Virus record (IMG/VR): IMGVR_UViG_3300025871_000007
DNA length: 64,000 bases
From: an uncultured virus (IMG/VR IMGVR_UViG_3300025871_000007)
Lineage: Duplodnaviria; Heunggongvirae; Uroviricota; Caudoviricetes
Reading direction: 5' to 3' (one strand)
Each line of letters opens with the position of its first letter. Within the stretch, counting starts at the first letter, position 1. The notes beneath the pieces are model-generated. The model did not search any database. It was given only the letters and a program-made list of their open reading frames with translations, and had not been told where the DNA came from. Shown piece after piece: positions 1 to 10,394 of the stretch. A program made the position numbers and the translations under genes.

Positions 1-828
1 TTTTAGAACATTAGCTAGTCTAGTTTCAATGGAGGAAATTTTTCTTTGAGAATGACATCCTTTAAGACTATACCTAAGTAATTCTTCACGATGCTCTTCT
101 GCCCATTTTTTTGATGCAATACTTTTTTCTTGTCTACAGATAATTCCTTCTTCTGTATTATAATACCAATTTTTTATATAATCTCTTGCTTTTTGTTTAG
201 TTTCTTCAGAATGTTTTTTACCGAAAAAAGGATTATTTTCACCGCTATGATATTTTAAATAACATTCTCGACATATGGTATATTGTATTATTTTAATTTC
301 CTTAGTTAATCTATTCTCGATACTCCTAGTAATTAAATTTTCTGTAGTTCCACAATATTTACAAGTTTTAGGAAGTTTTGATTCTTCTTGTCTTTTTAAA
401 AAATCTTCATAATCGAGGCCACGAGATTCTATTTGTTTTCTTTTATTTTCTGGATCTTCAAGCCATTTTAAACTTGCTTCTTTAAGTTTCTGTTTTGTTT
501 CTTCTGATTTAGACTTCCCCTTAGTTCTTTCACTTATTTGTTTACCAAAACAAGTATTACAGACATTTTGAATTACTGTTTTGGTTTCTTCCATAAATTG
601 ATTTTTTATAGTTATTGTTTTTAAATCTTCTGTAGTTCCACAATATTTGCAATACTTAATAGTAAAAGATTCTGCTTTATATCCATTAAGTTGTTTTTGT
701 CTCCATTCTTTAGAATTATTGACATAACAATCCTGACAGATGTTACATACGTATGTTTTTCCTTTTATGGTAGTAGTGTGCAAATTTTCTATTGTTCCAC
801 ACTTTTTACATTTTTTGACTTTAATCAT
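1..828 (-). CDS. NUMOD3-containing putative homing endonuclease/DNA-binding protein with three Zn-binding repeats (3' end runs off window; absent from ORF track)
   Basis: Manual translation from ATG at 828 (RBS-like AAGGAAG) is open to base 1. It contains CKKCGTIENL, CKYCGTTEDL and CKYCGTTENL, each followed by CxxC, plus NUMOD3-like NPFFGKKHSEETKQK. Confidence 0.7.
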   Translation of the reverse strand, partial: MIKVKKCKKCGTIENLHTTTIKGKTYVCNICQDCYVNNSKEWRQKQLNGYKAESFTIKYCKYCGTTEDLKTITIKNQFMEETKTVIQNVCNTCFGKQISERTKGKSKSEETKQKLKEASLKWLEDPENKRKQIESRGLDYEDFLKRQEESKLPKTCKYCGTTENLITRSIENRLTKEIKIIQYTICRECYLKYHSGENNPFFGKKHSEETKQKARDYIKNWYYNTEEGIICRQEKSIASKKWAEEHREELLRYSLKGCHSQRKISSIETRLANVLK

Positions 829-873
829 ACTATCTTCCTTTTCATTTCATATATTATTATATATAATAGTACA

Positions 874-1803
874 TTAAAGTGGTGTATTGCTTCTAATGTT
901 AAATCCTAACATTGAGGTTAATGGAATAGTACCACTATGTTCTATCATACCTAAAGCAGAACCGAAAATTCCCCCCGCCGCAAACGGCAAACTTCCTAAA
1001 CCAACCCCCGCATGATTTGCGTAGTTCATTTTGGTTAAACCCATTTGTTGGGTATAAGAAGTTAAAAGTCTATCATACCAACTTTGTACATGTCCAACTT
1101 TATCATAAGTAATAGTAAGTCCTGCGTCGGATGTAGAAAAGTTTAAATCTACTTCTAAAATACCCCAGCTCATTAAAGCTCGAATCATTGCACCTTGTAC
1201 AATTAAATCTACAAAATTATAAGGAACAGCATAACCTGTACTTCTTAAATAAGGATTATTTATTCTATCAGTATCTGCTGTAGTAAATTCCCAATAAAAA
1301 CTTGTTACAGGAGGATAAAAGTTAATTTCTATTAATGAACCTTCTATATATCGCATAAGTTCGCTAATAGCGAATTTCTTATAATATCCTCCTGCAACTG
1401 ATGCAACACCATTATCACCAAATCCATCTACGTCTTCTATAATAGTTCCAGGATTAGGTAATCTTTTTCTAACTAAATCCAATCTATCAATAACATTCAT
1501 TAAAATTTGATGTTCTTGGCTAGTTAGCATATAAAATAGAAAAGGATTTAATTCACTATAATCTGTAATAGGAGGAGTTAATCTAGGATATAAACAATTA
1601 TTATTTATTACTAAACCCACAGCATCTGTAAGACCAGTAGAAGTATATGTATCAGCTCTCCATACATAGTAATCTCTTAGAGTGGTATAACCTGTAGATG
1701 TATCATATACAATATAGCAACGATAATCATCTTCTGTTAATGTTTCTGTTGTAAAAGTTATACCATCTGATAATTGTTCTACTATATCAAAGTCTAGTAA
1801 CAT
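874..1803 (-). CDS. Putative virion head-completion/neck protein
   Basis: 309 aa ORF downstream of capsid genes; assignment mainly from position. Confidence 0.4.
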   Translation of the reverse strand: MLLDFDIVEQLSDGITFTTETLTEDDYRCYIVYDTSTGYTTLRDYYVWRADTYTSTGLTDAVGLVINNNCLYPRLTPPITDYSELNPFLFYMLTSQEHQILMNVIDRLDLVRKRLPNPGTIIEDVDGFGDNGVASVAGGYYKKFAISELMRYIEGSLIEINFYPPVTSFYWEFTTADTDRINNPYLRSTGYAVPYNFVDLIVQGAMIRALMSWGILEVDLNFSTSDAGLTITYDKVGHVQSWYDRLLTSYTQQMGLTKMNYANHAGVGLGSLPFAAGGIFGSALGMIEHSGTIPLTSMLGFNIRSNTPL

Positions 1804-1824
1804 TGTATAATCCTATTTTAGATC

Positions 1825-2832
1825 TTAAAGATCTTGTTTTTTAGAATAAACAAACATACGAATATCTTTATCATCTACGCCGCTAAGAATATAATCTAAT
1901 TCATCAGCGGTTAGTTTTTCTGTATTGACCCATTGGATAAATTCTACAGGAGAAATACCTTTATGAGGTTGATCAGAATAACTTAGTTGTAATTGTAGAA
2001 GTTTAGCTTCAATTACTGGACGAATCGGTTTTTTAGGTTTTGCTTGACCACTTGCAGCTTTAAGTTCGGACATCACTTTAAACTGTTCAATTTTCTCTTT
2101 GTTTTCTGCTAGAATAGTAATTTCTTTTAAATATTCTTCTGGTGTAAGTCTTTGTAGAAGAACCTTACCATCTCTACTCGACATAGCTACACGAAGTTCT
2201 CTGGATTTTTTAAGTGTTTCTAGATCGTATTGTTCGAGAAGATCAACTATTGCTCCACGAGCAATTTTATTTTCACCAGATACACCGTTTTGTCCTCTAT
2301 CAAGATCGGAGATAACGACATGCCCATTACTTACGTTTTTAACATAATAGGTTTCTTCACCAAATTCATCGAAGAATGATCTAAGTTGAGGTGATAGAGA
2401 TTTTTTAGAATTAAATCCAATATCACCATCTAATCTAGCTTTCATTTCCTGAATTTTTTGTTTTGTAGATTTAGCAGGTGCACCTTGAGTAGTAACAATT
2501 TTATCTTGTACTTCGTCATTGTTATAATCTGTTAATTCTTTTGCTTGCTTCATCTGAGGATATTCTACATATTCTACTTTTTTTGAAGCAGGGATTTCTG
2601 GTTCTTGATCAAAAGAACTGGAATCTTTAATAGGCTGAAAGTTTTTAGTTCTAGTACTCAATTCTTCTAATCTTCTTTTAGCATATTCTTTTTCTGCTTC
2701 TTGTTGTACGGCTAATTTTTCCATAATAGCTTCTGGTGCTATAGGATTGACATTTCTTAGATTCTTATCAAATTGAGGTGCATTCAATTGTGAATCAATG
2801 TCTGGATTGAAGACGTTTTGTTGTTCTTTCAT
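1825..2832 (-). CDS. Hypothetical protein (head module)
   Basis: 335 aa ORF with AAGGAG RBS; no recognised motif. Confidence 0.6.
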   Translation of the reverse strand: MKEQQNVFNPDIDSQLNAPQFDKNLRNVNPIAPEAIMEKLAVQQEAEKEYAKRRLEELSTRTKNFQPIKDSSSFDQEPEIPASKKVEYVEYPQMKQAKELTDYNNDEVQDKIVTTQGAPAKSTKQKIQEMKARLDGDIGFNSKKSLSPQLRSFFDEFGEETYYVKNVSNGHVVISDLDRGQNGVSGENKIARGAIVDLLEQYDLETLKKSRELRVAMSSRDGKVLLQRLTPEEYLKEITILAENKEKIEQFKVMSELKAASGQAKPKKPIRPVIEAKLLQLQLSYSDQPHKGISPVEFIQWVNTEKLTADELDYILSGVDDKDIRMFVYSKKQDL

Positions 2833-2872
2833 TTCATTTAAACTCCTTACCCTTCTGGGTATATAATTTTAC

Positions 2873-2906
2873 AAAAAATATAGAAAGTTTTAATAGTATT
2901 TTAAGT
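2873..2906 (-). promoter_or_regulatory. Putative late promoter ACTTAAAA-N16-TATATTTT
   Basis: Same spaced motif found upstream of four other structural/packaging genes. Confidence 0.55.
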
Positions 2907-2908
2907 AT

Positions 2909-2941
2909 AAAAAAATAGGATGCTCTTTTGGAGCATCCTAT
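2909..2941 (-). terminator. Rho-independent terminator after major capsid gene
   Basis: 11-bp stem ATAGGATGCTC/GAGCATCCTAT with a 5-nt loop, followed by a T-run on the minus strand. Confidence 0.85.
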
Positions 2942-2970
2942 CATTGAAGAGTATATATTGCTAAAAAATC

Positions 2971-4161
2971 TTACGCTGTCATCCAAGTTGGGACGGTAGC
3001 GCTGGATTTCATTGCAACAGCAACTGCTCTTGGGTTAAGAACGATCTGGCTAATTTGTTCTAGGAATAACCAACCATAGGAGGGATATCCAAATACGAAC
3101 TGATCAGCTGGGAATACGCTTAACTCAACGCGGACTGGCATTGCACCAAGGTAACGGCCTTCAGTTACTGCAAAAATCATACCAGCAGGAACGGAAACGC
3201 TTTCAATACCGGCTTCGTCAACACCAGCAGTTACGTAAACATTGACTCCCCAAATTGAACCAAAAATACCAGTTAGAAGTAGATCTCTTGAAGTAATAGG
3301 ATCGAAATCTATAGCATTGATATTTTTCTTCAAATCGCCTAATTCAGCACGATTCATGAGGAACTTGTCTACTTGTAATCTCCAACGCTCAACTTCATAT
3401 TGGAGAGTTTCTAGAGCAGACTTTGAAACTGTTCCAGTTATATTAACAACATCGTTGTTTAGAGTAGAAGCTGCATAGAGCTCTTTTAAGCCCTGGCGGT
3501 CTTCTTTTAACATAATCTGGAATGTAGTTTTGTCATGAGTACGCTCAACAACATCAAATTGTCTTTGAGCAATCTCAGACACAGTGATCTTAGGTAGTGC
3601 AGTTACGAGAAATTCGGGTGGGAATACTCTCTGGCCGCGTACTTGAGATCCAATTGTTTGACCATCTTCGTTAGTTACAAGAGCAACTACGTTAATATCT
3701 TTTTCGTACGAGTTAACCTGGCCTTGAGCTAAGTTATGTGTACGGAATACCTGACGAATAAATCCTTCATAGTCTAGACGATCTAGAACAAGAGGAATCA
3801 TCTCTGCACCAAAGCGAAGTCTTTCTTCAGGAAGTCCAGAAAGAGCAGCTTGGATGATTTGTTGTTTTTCTTCTGGTGTATAGTATGCCTTGTCGTGGGC
3901 AACACGTTTTTCTCTTAGTGCAGCAAAATGCTGTAATTGAGTTAGTGCATCTTTCTTGTCATAAGCTCTTAGTTGACCTTGGTCATCGAAAAGTCTGCTT
4001 GAACCTTTTTGTGCTCTACCATCAGAGGATACGCCACCATATCCTTTGGGTTCTAATAGTTCTTCACTATAAAGTCTGCTTGCTACTTTCTTGGTTTTTT
4101 CTTCAGCGGTTTTATTCATAACTTCTTTCTTTTCCAAACCTTCATTCCATATATTTGCCAT
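2971..4161 (-). CDS. Major capsid protein (HK97-fold predicted)
   Basis: 396 aa, strong RBS (GGGAGG), position after scaffold/decoration genes, C-terminal ...IVLNPRAVAV typical of HK97-type capsids, followed by a terminator. Confidence 0.8.
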   Translation of the reverse strand: MANIWNEGLEKKEVMNKTAEEKTKKVASRLYSEELLEPKGYGGVSSDGRAQKGSSRLFDDQGQLRAYDKKDALTQLQHFAALREKRVAHDKAYYTPEEKQQIIQAALSGLPEERLRFGAEMIPLVLDRLDYEGFIRQVFRTHNLAQGQVNSYEKDINVVALVTNEDGQTIGSQVRGQRVFPPEFLVTALPKITVSEIAQRQFDVVERTHDKTTFQIMLKEDRQGLKELYAASTLNNDVVNITGTVSKSALETLQYEVERWRLQVDKFLMNRAELGDLKKNINAIDFDPITSRDLLLTGIFGSIWGVNVYVTAGVDEAGIESVSVPAGMIFAVTEGRYLGAMPVRVELSVFPADQFVFGYPSYGWLFLEQISQIVLNPRAVAVAMKSSATVPTWMTA

Positions 4162-4180
4162 GGTTTAATTCCTCCCTACC

Positions 4181-4915
4181 TTATACCAAATCTAGTTTTA
4201 TATAAAGTTCGGGATCGTCGGCAGTTGGAACTTTAGTAATAAAACCTATTGCTGAAGAACCGCTAGTAGCAGTAAAATAACCAGAACTGTTATAATAAAT
4301 AGAACCATTAAGAGCATAAGCTGTGGCTGATGTAGTATCGTACTGTAGAGTAGCGATCTCACCGAAATCTTCTAATAGAGCTGCTTTGCCTGACCCAAGA
4401 GTTTGATTAATACCAGAAAGGTTAATATCTTTATACATATAAGTTACATATACAGTAGCAGTTGCACCAATACCGACTAGAGTATTTGTAATTGCGCCGC
4501 TTGTAACATCGATAGTAAAATCTGTAGTTTCGGTATATCTGCTTGCAGTAGCAGTGTCGGCTGCATTGCAAACAACATATGAACTAGCTTTTACATATGG
4601 ATTTACATAGATAACATTGGGAGTGGCTGCGTTCTCACCAAATGTGTGTTCTTCTGCATAAGCTGAACGATAAAAAGTAGTAGTGTTATCAGTAAAGAAA
4701 ACGCCTATAACTTTATCGCCTGTGCTATTTACAGTTTCAACAACTACTTTACCGTTTGAATCGGTAGCTAGAGTTGCTAATTGACCTGCTACGAAAGTAG
4801 CAGTTGGGGATACATCTCTCCAACCAGTTACTGGCATATTAGAAAGGCGTCTTACACCTGTTCCATTGTTAATACCAGTTCTTCCTATTGGAGGTAGTAC
4901 ACTAAAATCTGACAT
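4181..4915 (-). CDS. Putative capsid decoration/cement protein
   Basis: Thr/Ala/Gly-rich 244 aa ORF between scaffold and MCP, ending ...KVPTADDPELYIKL. Confidence 0.55.
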   Translation of the reverse strand: MSDFSVLPPIGRTGINNGTGVRRLSNMPVTGWRDVSPTATFVAGQLATLATDSNGKVVVETVNSTGDKVIGVFFTDNTTTFYRSAYAEEHTFGENAATPNVIYVNPYVKASSYVVCNAADTATASRYTETTDFTIDVTSGAITNTLVGIGATATVYVTYMYKDINLSGINQTLGSGKAALLEDFGEIATLQYDTTSATAYALNGSIYYNSSGYFTATSGSSAIGFITKVPTADDPELYIKLDLV

Positions 4916-4933
4916 TATACATTTCTCCTATAA

Positions 4934-7063
4934 TTACTTTCCTGATCTCTGTTCTGCGTAAGCATTACGCCAGAAATCGCGATAAGTTGTGTCACTTTGT
5001 TTGGTGACTTGAGATCCACGGAGAGCGACTGAACCTTTTTCGCTCGCAGTTTTTACTTGCGGTTTAGTTTCTTCAGCTTCTTTTACAGAAGCGTTGAATT
5101 CACCGGAGTATTTCTTTGTAAAAGATGCTACTTTAATAAACTCGTCAATGTTTTGTTTTGCGAGATGATTAAAAGCTTCTGATATAACTTCTTCTTGAGC
5201 TTTTTGATATCCATCTAAGAATGAGTTATGTGCAATAGCTTCTGCAGCTTCTTTTACTATACCAGCTTCTACCATATTTTTAACCATTGCTTCTTTTAAA
5301 GGATTAGAAATAAGATCCTTTAACTGTTGTACTGAAGCAACTTCCATTGCAAGCTTAATTTTAGCAACAGCTTCTTCTACTTCTTGAGCTGTTTTAGTAT
5401 TAGCTTGCTTTATTGTAATCATTTGTTCTTCTGCAGCTTTATTTGCAGGTTTAGAAATCTCCATTCCAGGATCCTTAGGTTGATTTCCGCCTTTCTCTCT
5501 TCCCTGACCTAGGAATTTCTCTTTTTTATCTTTAGTCATTTCTCCAGATTTCATATCTGAATCAATTTCTGTTTTTTGTTTTCCTGCCATTTCAGCATTA
5601 ATATCTGAAAATTGGTATTCTTTAGGCTGCTTGAAAGGATATAGATTAGCTTTTCTAGCTTCAGCTAGTTTTGTCATTCTTTCTTTAATTTTCTCTAGAA
5701 TTTCTTCTTTAGCTTCTTTTTTACCCATTGTAGCTTTCATTGGATCTCCGCCTTCTCCTTTTCCTTGTTCAGGCTCACCTGCTTGAGCAGAAGAAACATT
5801 TACTTTTTTACCACCAGCAGCCGCATCCATAGCCATCTTTTCTGCTTTTTCTTCTACTGGTTCTTCTTTTTCTTCTTTCTCTTCTTTCTTTTCAAAAGGT
5901 TTGAGACCTTCTTCTTTCTTTTCTTCTTTAGGCTTTCCAATACCGGAAAGCATATCTTTTCCTTTTCCTATTTCGTCTTTTGCTTTGCCAATCATAGCAT
6001 CGCTTTTAATAGCAGAATCTGCATCAAGTTTGCTTGAACCTCTTTCATCAAGAAACTTTTTAAGAACGTCAGTTAGCATTTTTAATGCATCTTTCAAATC
6101 GCCTTCTTTAGATCCCATTGCAAGAGGATCAGTTTCTGGCATTTCTTCTTCCATTCCTTTACCTAAACCTAGACCCATTCCTAATGAATCTAGACCGGCT
6201 TTTTTAATTACTGCATCTGCATAGGCTTTTCTTGCTTGAGAAGCGCTATCTATAGCATAAGATAGTTGATTTAGAGAATCTGTAATGTTAGTAACAGATT
6301 CTAGCTTTCCGCTGTTTACAAGAATTTCTTCTTTTGACATAATATAAGTACTCCTAACACTATTTGTTTTACCTATACTAGCTGCTTTAGGTGACTGCAT
6401 CTGTGGTTGTATATTAGGCGCATGCATTGGTTGCATTTGAACAGGTGCATTTTTAGGAGTAGCAGGTGCACTTGCTTGGCCACCAATTGGCGCTTTTGCC
6501 ATAGACGGAGCACTTGGCATTGGCATAGGCGGTGTTAATGGTTTTTGATTTACATCACTTGTTGTATCAGATTTTTTACGACCTTCTAAGAGATCTTGAA
6601 AATATTGTATTATACCTTTTTCGTCTCTAGACGGTAAAAGTTCTTTTAGGCGATCTACACGCCATCCTTTTTCATCTACTAGTTTTCGTATTAAAATATC
6701 TAAACCAAGATCTTCTAAAGATATAATATCTTCAGAGTCTTCTAGTTTTTCTAGAATTAAAATATCTTTTATATCCTGTTCTAATCTTTTTTCAGAGCGT
6801 TCATCTAATAATTGCTCAGGTGTTTTTACTGGCATTGGAGCAGCAGGACCTTTTGCTGCAGGTGGTACTCCACCACCTCCGCCGCCACCGATAGGAGGTA
6901 TTGCCCCTCCACCACCCGGCAATGGTGGTCTACCAGTACCGGCAACTCCCTTTGCATCTACATTAGTACCACCCATACCAACAGGTGTATGATCTTGAGG
7001 CATTTTATCAGGACTTAGACTTCCTTCGCCTTCTGTTGGTGTAATGGGTAATGGTTCTGCCAT
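4934..7063 (-). CDS. Putative capsid scaffolding protein
   Basis: 709 aa; Pro/Gly-rich and K/E-rich low-complexity segments, helical C-terminus, directly upstream of decoration and MCP genes. Confidence 0.55.
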   Translation of the reverse strand: MAEPLPITPTEGEGSLSPDKMPQDHTPVGMGGTNVDAKGVAGTGRPPLPGGGGAIPPIGGGGGGGVPPAAKGPAAPMPVKTPEQLLDERSEKRLEQDIKDILILEKLEDSEDIISLEDLGLDILIRKLVDEKGWRVDRLKELLPSRDEKGIIQYFQDLLEGRKKSDTTSDVNQKPLTPPMPMPSAPSMAKAPIGGQASAPATPKNAPVQMQPMHAPNIQPQMQSPKAASIGKTNSVRSTYIMSKEEILVNSGKLESVTNITDSLNQLSYAIDSASQARKAYADAVIKKAGLDSLGMGLGLGKGMEEEMPETDPLAMGSKEGDLKDALKMLTDVLKKFLDERGSSKLDADSAIKSDAMIGKAKDEIGKGKDMLSGIGKPKEEKKEEGLKPFEKKEEKEEKEEPVEEKAEKMAMDAAAGGKKVNVSSAQAGEPEQGKGEGGDPMKATMGKKEAKEEILEKIKERMTKLAEARKANLYPFKQPKEYQFSDINAEMAGKQKTEIDSDMKSGEMTKDKKEKFLGQGREKGGNQPKDPGMEISKPANKAAEEQMITIKQANTKTAQEVEEAVAKIKLAMEVASVQQLKDLISNPLKEAMVKNMVEAGIVKEAAEAIAHNSFLDGYQKAQEEVISEAFNHLAKQNIDEFIKVASFTKKYSGEFNASVKEAEETKPQVKTASEKGSVALRGSQVTKQSDTTYRDFWRNAYAEQRSGK

Positions 7064-7090
7064 TTATATGCCTATAGGTGTTCTAACTTG

Positions 7091-7122
7091 TAAAAATAGA
7101 AAAACGACCATATTTTTTAAGT
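7091..7122 (-). promoter_or_regulatory. Putative late promoter ACTTAAAA-N16-TATTTTTA
   Basis: Recurrent spaced motif; lies upstream of the scaffold/capsid operon. Confidence 0.55.
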
Positions 7123-7144
7123 TAAAAAAATCAAATTTTCTGGT

Positions 7145-8593
7145 CTATTCTTTGAGAATATCTAAAAGTGTTCTGTTTTCTTGAGTAGGTACAGAAGATT
7201 CCTGATCAACAAGAGGAATTTTTTGTGACGCTATCTCGGTAGATTCAGGTATAGGTGCATTATCTTCTTGTTCTTTAATTATAGATGGTTCTTCAGATTC
7301 ACCTTCATTAATAATAATAGTAGTTGCTTTTCTATAATTATCAATTACAGAGTTAAAAGCATACTTATGAATTTCTTCTTTTCTAGAAGTTTTGATATAA
7401 CCTTCTATGCTATTTAATACATAAGATTTTAAAATAGGATTCATATCTTGATTAATTACTAATGGATTAACTTTCTTTTGCCATTCACTATAGACTTTAT
7501 TTAATGTATTTATTCCCTTATAATTCTTTAGATATTTCCAAAAATCATCTGCTGCATATCTAAACATTTCTTCTAAATCATCTAGATACTGTTCAGAACT
7601 TAGTTTAGAAAGAAGAGTTTCTGCTTCATTTTTATTTTCTTTTTTAGCAATATTTTCGATAAGATCATCTGCATTTTCTGTGTTTTCTAAAGTATTTTTA
7701 ATAGATAAGGATTCCTTATCAGTATTTATTTTAGAAACAAGCTTATCTTCTTCTATTCCAGCAGTTTTAAATAAAACATTCCATCCAGGAAGACCAGAAT
7801 CTTTAAAGATATGTTTTAATGATTCTACTACTTCGTCTAGATTAAATGTTGTATGACTTGGATCTTCTGCATTAATAATATCTTTTATTTTAGAGAAATA
7901 CTTAGAAATTACATTTTCAGGATTTTCGCCTGGTGCATATGCTTTTTTCTCTGTATGTACAGATGCCTGAACATTAGATTGTTGTGTCATCCTAGAATCA
8001 GGAGTTACATTAGTAGGATCTGAGAAATATTCTACAAGCTCATTCTTAATAAATTCTATTAATTGTTCATTAGAAGTAATTTCTTCACCAGAATTATCTA
8101 ATTGTATTGAAGGTGATTTAGGTTGTGTTGATTGCATTGCAGGATCTAATGCAATTTTTTCTTTTCTTGGGATTTTGGGATCTTCTAAAGATGCAACTAA
8201 ATTGTTTATTTTAGCTGCTTTTTCATAAAGAATTTGATCAATATCCATTTTTATTTCTCCTTGTGAAGATCCTTGATGTTGAAAACCTTGACCACCTGGT
8301 GATTTATAAGTAACATGAAGCTTTAATTCTTCTTCAAATGCTTTATTAGTATTATATCTAGATTTCTGTTCTTTAACAAGTTCCATAACCTGTTTTTTGG
8401 TTTGAACAAATCTTTCATCTACTTTTTGACCATAATCAAATATTTCTACAATATATCCTTGTCCAAATTCTGAACCAGGAGCTACTTTCATAACATGAAT
8501 ATCTGTTCCTTGTCCAGTAGAATGAGGATTTGCAGCTGATTTAATAGGTTTGATTACTAAATACGTATCTGCACTTATTTTTATAGTAAACAT
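7145..8593 (-). CDS. Hypothetical head-associated protein
   Basis: 482 aa ORF in head module with multiple K-x-A sites. Confidence 0.55.
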   Translation of the reverse strand: MFTIKISADTYLVIKPIKSAANPHSTGQGTDIHVMKVAPGSEFGQGYIVEIFDYGQKVDERFVQTKKQVMELVKEQKSRYNTNKAFEEELKLHVTYKSPGGQGFQHQGSSQGEIKMDIDQILYEKAAKINNLVASLEDPKIPRKEKIALDPAMQSTQPKSPSIQLDNSGEEITSNEQLIEFIKNELVEYFSDPTNVTPDSRMTQQSNVQASVHTEKKAYAPGENPENVISKYFSKIKDIINAEDPSHTTFNLDEVVESLKHIFKDSGLPGWNVLFKTAGIEEDKLVSKINTDKESLSIKNTLENTENADDLIENIAKKENKNEAETLLSKLSSEQYLDDLEEMFRYAADDFWKYLKNYKGINTLNKVYSEWQKKVNPLVINQDMNPILKSYVLNSIEGYIKTSRKEEIHKYAFNSVIDNYRKATTIIINEGESEEPSIIKEQEDNAPIPESTEIASQKIPLVDQESSVPTQENRTLLDILKE

Positions 8594-8598
8594 ATTTA

Positions 8599-9474
8599 TT
8601 AAACAAGTTTTTCAAGATTAGAAATTATTCTATCAAATTGATTAGCTATTCTTCTCTTCTCTTCTGAAGTTTTTGCCCTATCAATCATTCCATATACTAT
8701 ATTAGAAATTTCTTTTGCATAAGTAGCATTTTCATCTGCTACTTTTAATAATCTACCCGGTACAAGTTCTGATATAGCATCTATAACATAGGCTTTGACT
8801 GCAGCGGGTGAAGTTACTACTGATAACTCAAAAAAATCAACACCCTTAAGAAGTTCTGCTACTTTTTTTCCGTTTCTTCTTCTACCGCGGTGATATTTTA
8901 AACATTCACAAATTTCTGCTTCTTTAAGTATTTCTTTTCCACATGCAGTACATACAGAATGAGTTATGGAACAACCCATAGAAACAGGTACTCGAGTAGG
9001 GTACTTTATTAAATCTCTTGCTATTTTTGGTGCTTTAATGCTATCTATTCCAAATAAAGTTGTTACATGCATATCTTCATAAGGTTTATTTATTAATACA
9101 GCGTCGAATACCAATCCAATTGAATTTTCTATTTTATCTGATTCATGATTCTTATACATTGCTGCTGTTCTGAATGAATAATACCTTTTGATATTTTTAT
9201 CTGAATTTAGATCTTCAAGTTCTGTTATATCAAAGTAATCTGAATTTTTATTTACTGCATGTTCCCATAGCGCAGATTTATTTACTTTTCCATAATAATC
9301 ACCTGCATCTAATGCCCGTGTAGTAGCATATACATAATCTTCTACTGCTTTAGAAATAATCATATGATCTTTCTGGGATTCAATTATAGAAGCAATCTTT
9401 TCTTTATCTTTAGAACTAAATTGCTTAAATTCTTGCGGCTTTAATTCACCCATTTTGTACGTAGAAGTATTCAC
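8599..9474 (-). CDS. Prohead maturation protease (HK97/herpes-like serine protease)
   Basis: Motifs NKNSDYF, YKNHES (His), VSMGC (Ser), a Cys-rich insert and FELSVVTSPA; position between portal and scaffold. Confidence 0.75.
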   Translation of the reverse strand: MNTSTYKMGELKPQEFKQFSSKDKEKIASIIESQKDHMIISKAVEDYVYATTRALDAGDYYGKVNKSALWEHAVNKNSDYFDITELEDLNSDKNIKRYYSFRTAAMYKNHESDKIENSIGLVFDAVLINKPYEDMHVTTLFGIDSIKAPKIARDLIKYPTRVPVSMGCSITHSVCTACGKEILKEAEICECLKYHRGRRRNGKKVAELLKGVDFFELSVVTSPAAVKAYVIDAISELVPGRLLKVADENATYAKEISNIVYGMIDRAKTSEEKRRIANQFDRIISNLEKLV

Positions 9475-9499
9475 AGTAATCTCCAGATTATAGAATATT

Positions 9500-9534
9500 A
9501 AAAAAATATAAAATTATATAAAATTTTTTTAAGT
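9500..9534 (-). promoter_or_regulatory. Putative late promoter ACTTAAAA-N16-TATATTTT
   Basis: Recurrent spaced motif; lies upstream of the protease gene. Confidence 0.5.
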
Positions 9535-9894
9535 TAAGTTAATACATTGTTGAGCTAATTCTAGAAACTCAGAAATAATATCAGATGTTGTATTATTAGT
9601 TTCCAAAACTATAGCTACACAATCATCTAATATAGAATTTACTTCTTCGACAGAAGAGCTATTTAATGCTAATTCTTTACTTATTTCTTTTACTTGAGTT
9701 TCTTGCTCAATAGAGAGACCATCTGGGAGGGCTTTATAGTAAAGTGTTTCTGCATGTTCAAAATCTAAATCGAACTTAGATTGTATAAAATCAAGAATAT
9801 TATATTTATCATTATTGGAAGAAGGATCTTGTAATCTAATCCATACAATAATTTCTTTTTCTTTATCTGATGATATAAATGCAATTCTTTTCAT
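9529..9894 (-). CDS. Hypothetical protein
   Basis: 121 aa ORF in operon, starts MKRIAF. Confidence 0.6.
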   Translation of the reverse strand: MKRIAFISSDKEKEIIVWIRLQDPSSNNDKYNILDFIQSKFDLDFEHAETLYYKALPDGLSIEQETQVKEISKELALNSSSVEEVNSILDDCVAIVLETNNTTSDIISEFLELAQQCINLT

Positions 9895-9902
9895 GATAGC
9901 AA

Positions 9903-10379
9903 TTAAATAAAATTCATCACATTCAAAATGGCCAAAAGTTCCACTTCGCCTTTTTCTATCAAGATGCTTGTCATTTCTTTAGTAATTTCAATATCGTATG
10001 TTGCTAATAGGTTTAAGAGTTCTTGTAGATATGCTACCAGTAGAAATCTTTCATAATATTCTGTTCCATTTAAAACATCTGCACATAATGTATAGTTCAT
10101 AGTAGCAATGTATTCATTATGTTTTTCACATAACCACTCAGCTTTTTCAATATCAGTCATTTTAGAAACAAGTTTCACTTGTTCTTTAAGTTTTAATTCC
10201 TCTTTAGCTAATATTTCTATTAAATCTAATTCAGTATTATCTTCTTTTGTGGAAGATTCTTTATTAGATTTTTTATTTTTCTTCTCTTCCCTAATAAACT
10301 TTTTTAATTCTTTTTGAACTTGAAGTTGTAATTCTTCTTTGGAACTTAATTTGAAATCTTCATTTTTCTTCTTAGCCAT
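9903..10379 (-). CDS. Hypothetical protein
   Basis: 158 aa ORF with GGAGG RBS. Confidence 0.6.
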   Translation of the reverse strand: MAKKKNEDFKLSSKEELQLQVQKELKKFIREEKKNKKSNKESSTKEDNTELDLIEILAKEELKLKEQVKLVSKMTDIEKAEWLCEKHNEYIATMNYTLCADVLNGTEYYERFLLVAYLQELLNLLATYDIEITKEMTSILIEKGEVELLAILNVMNFI

Positions 10380-10394
10380 AATGCCTCCAATAGA

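Noticed and set aside
5840..5935. Purine/pyrimidine-rich low-complexity tracts (also 39220-39300)
   Set aside because: Explained by K/E-rich coding sequence.
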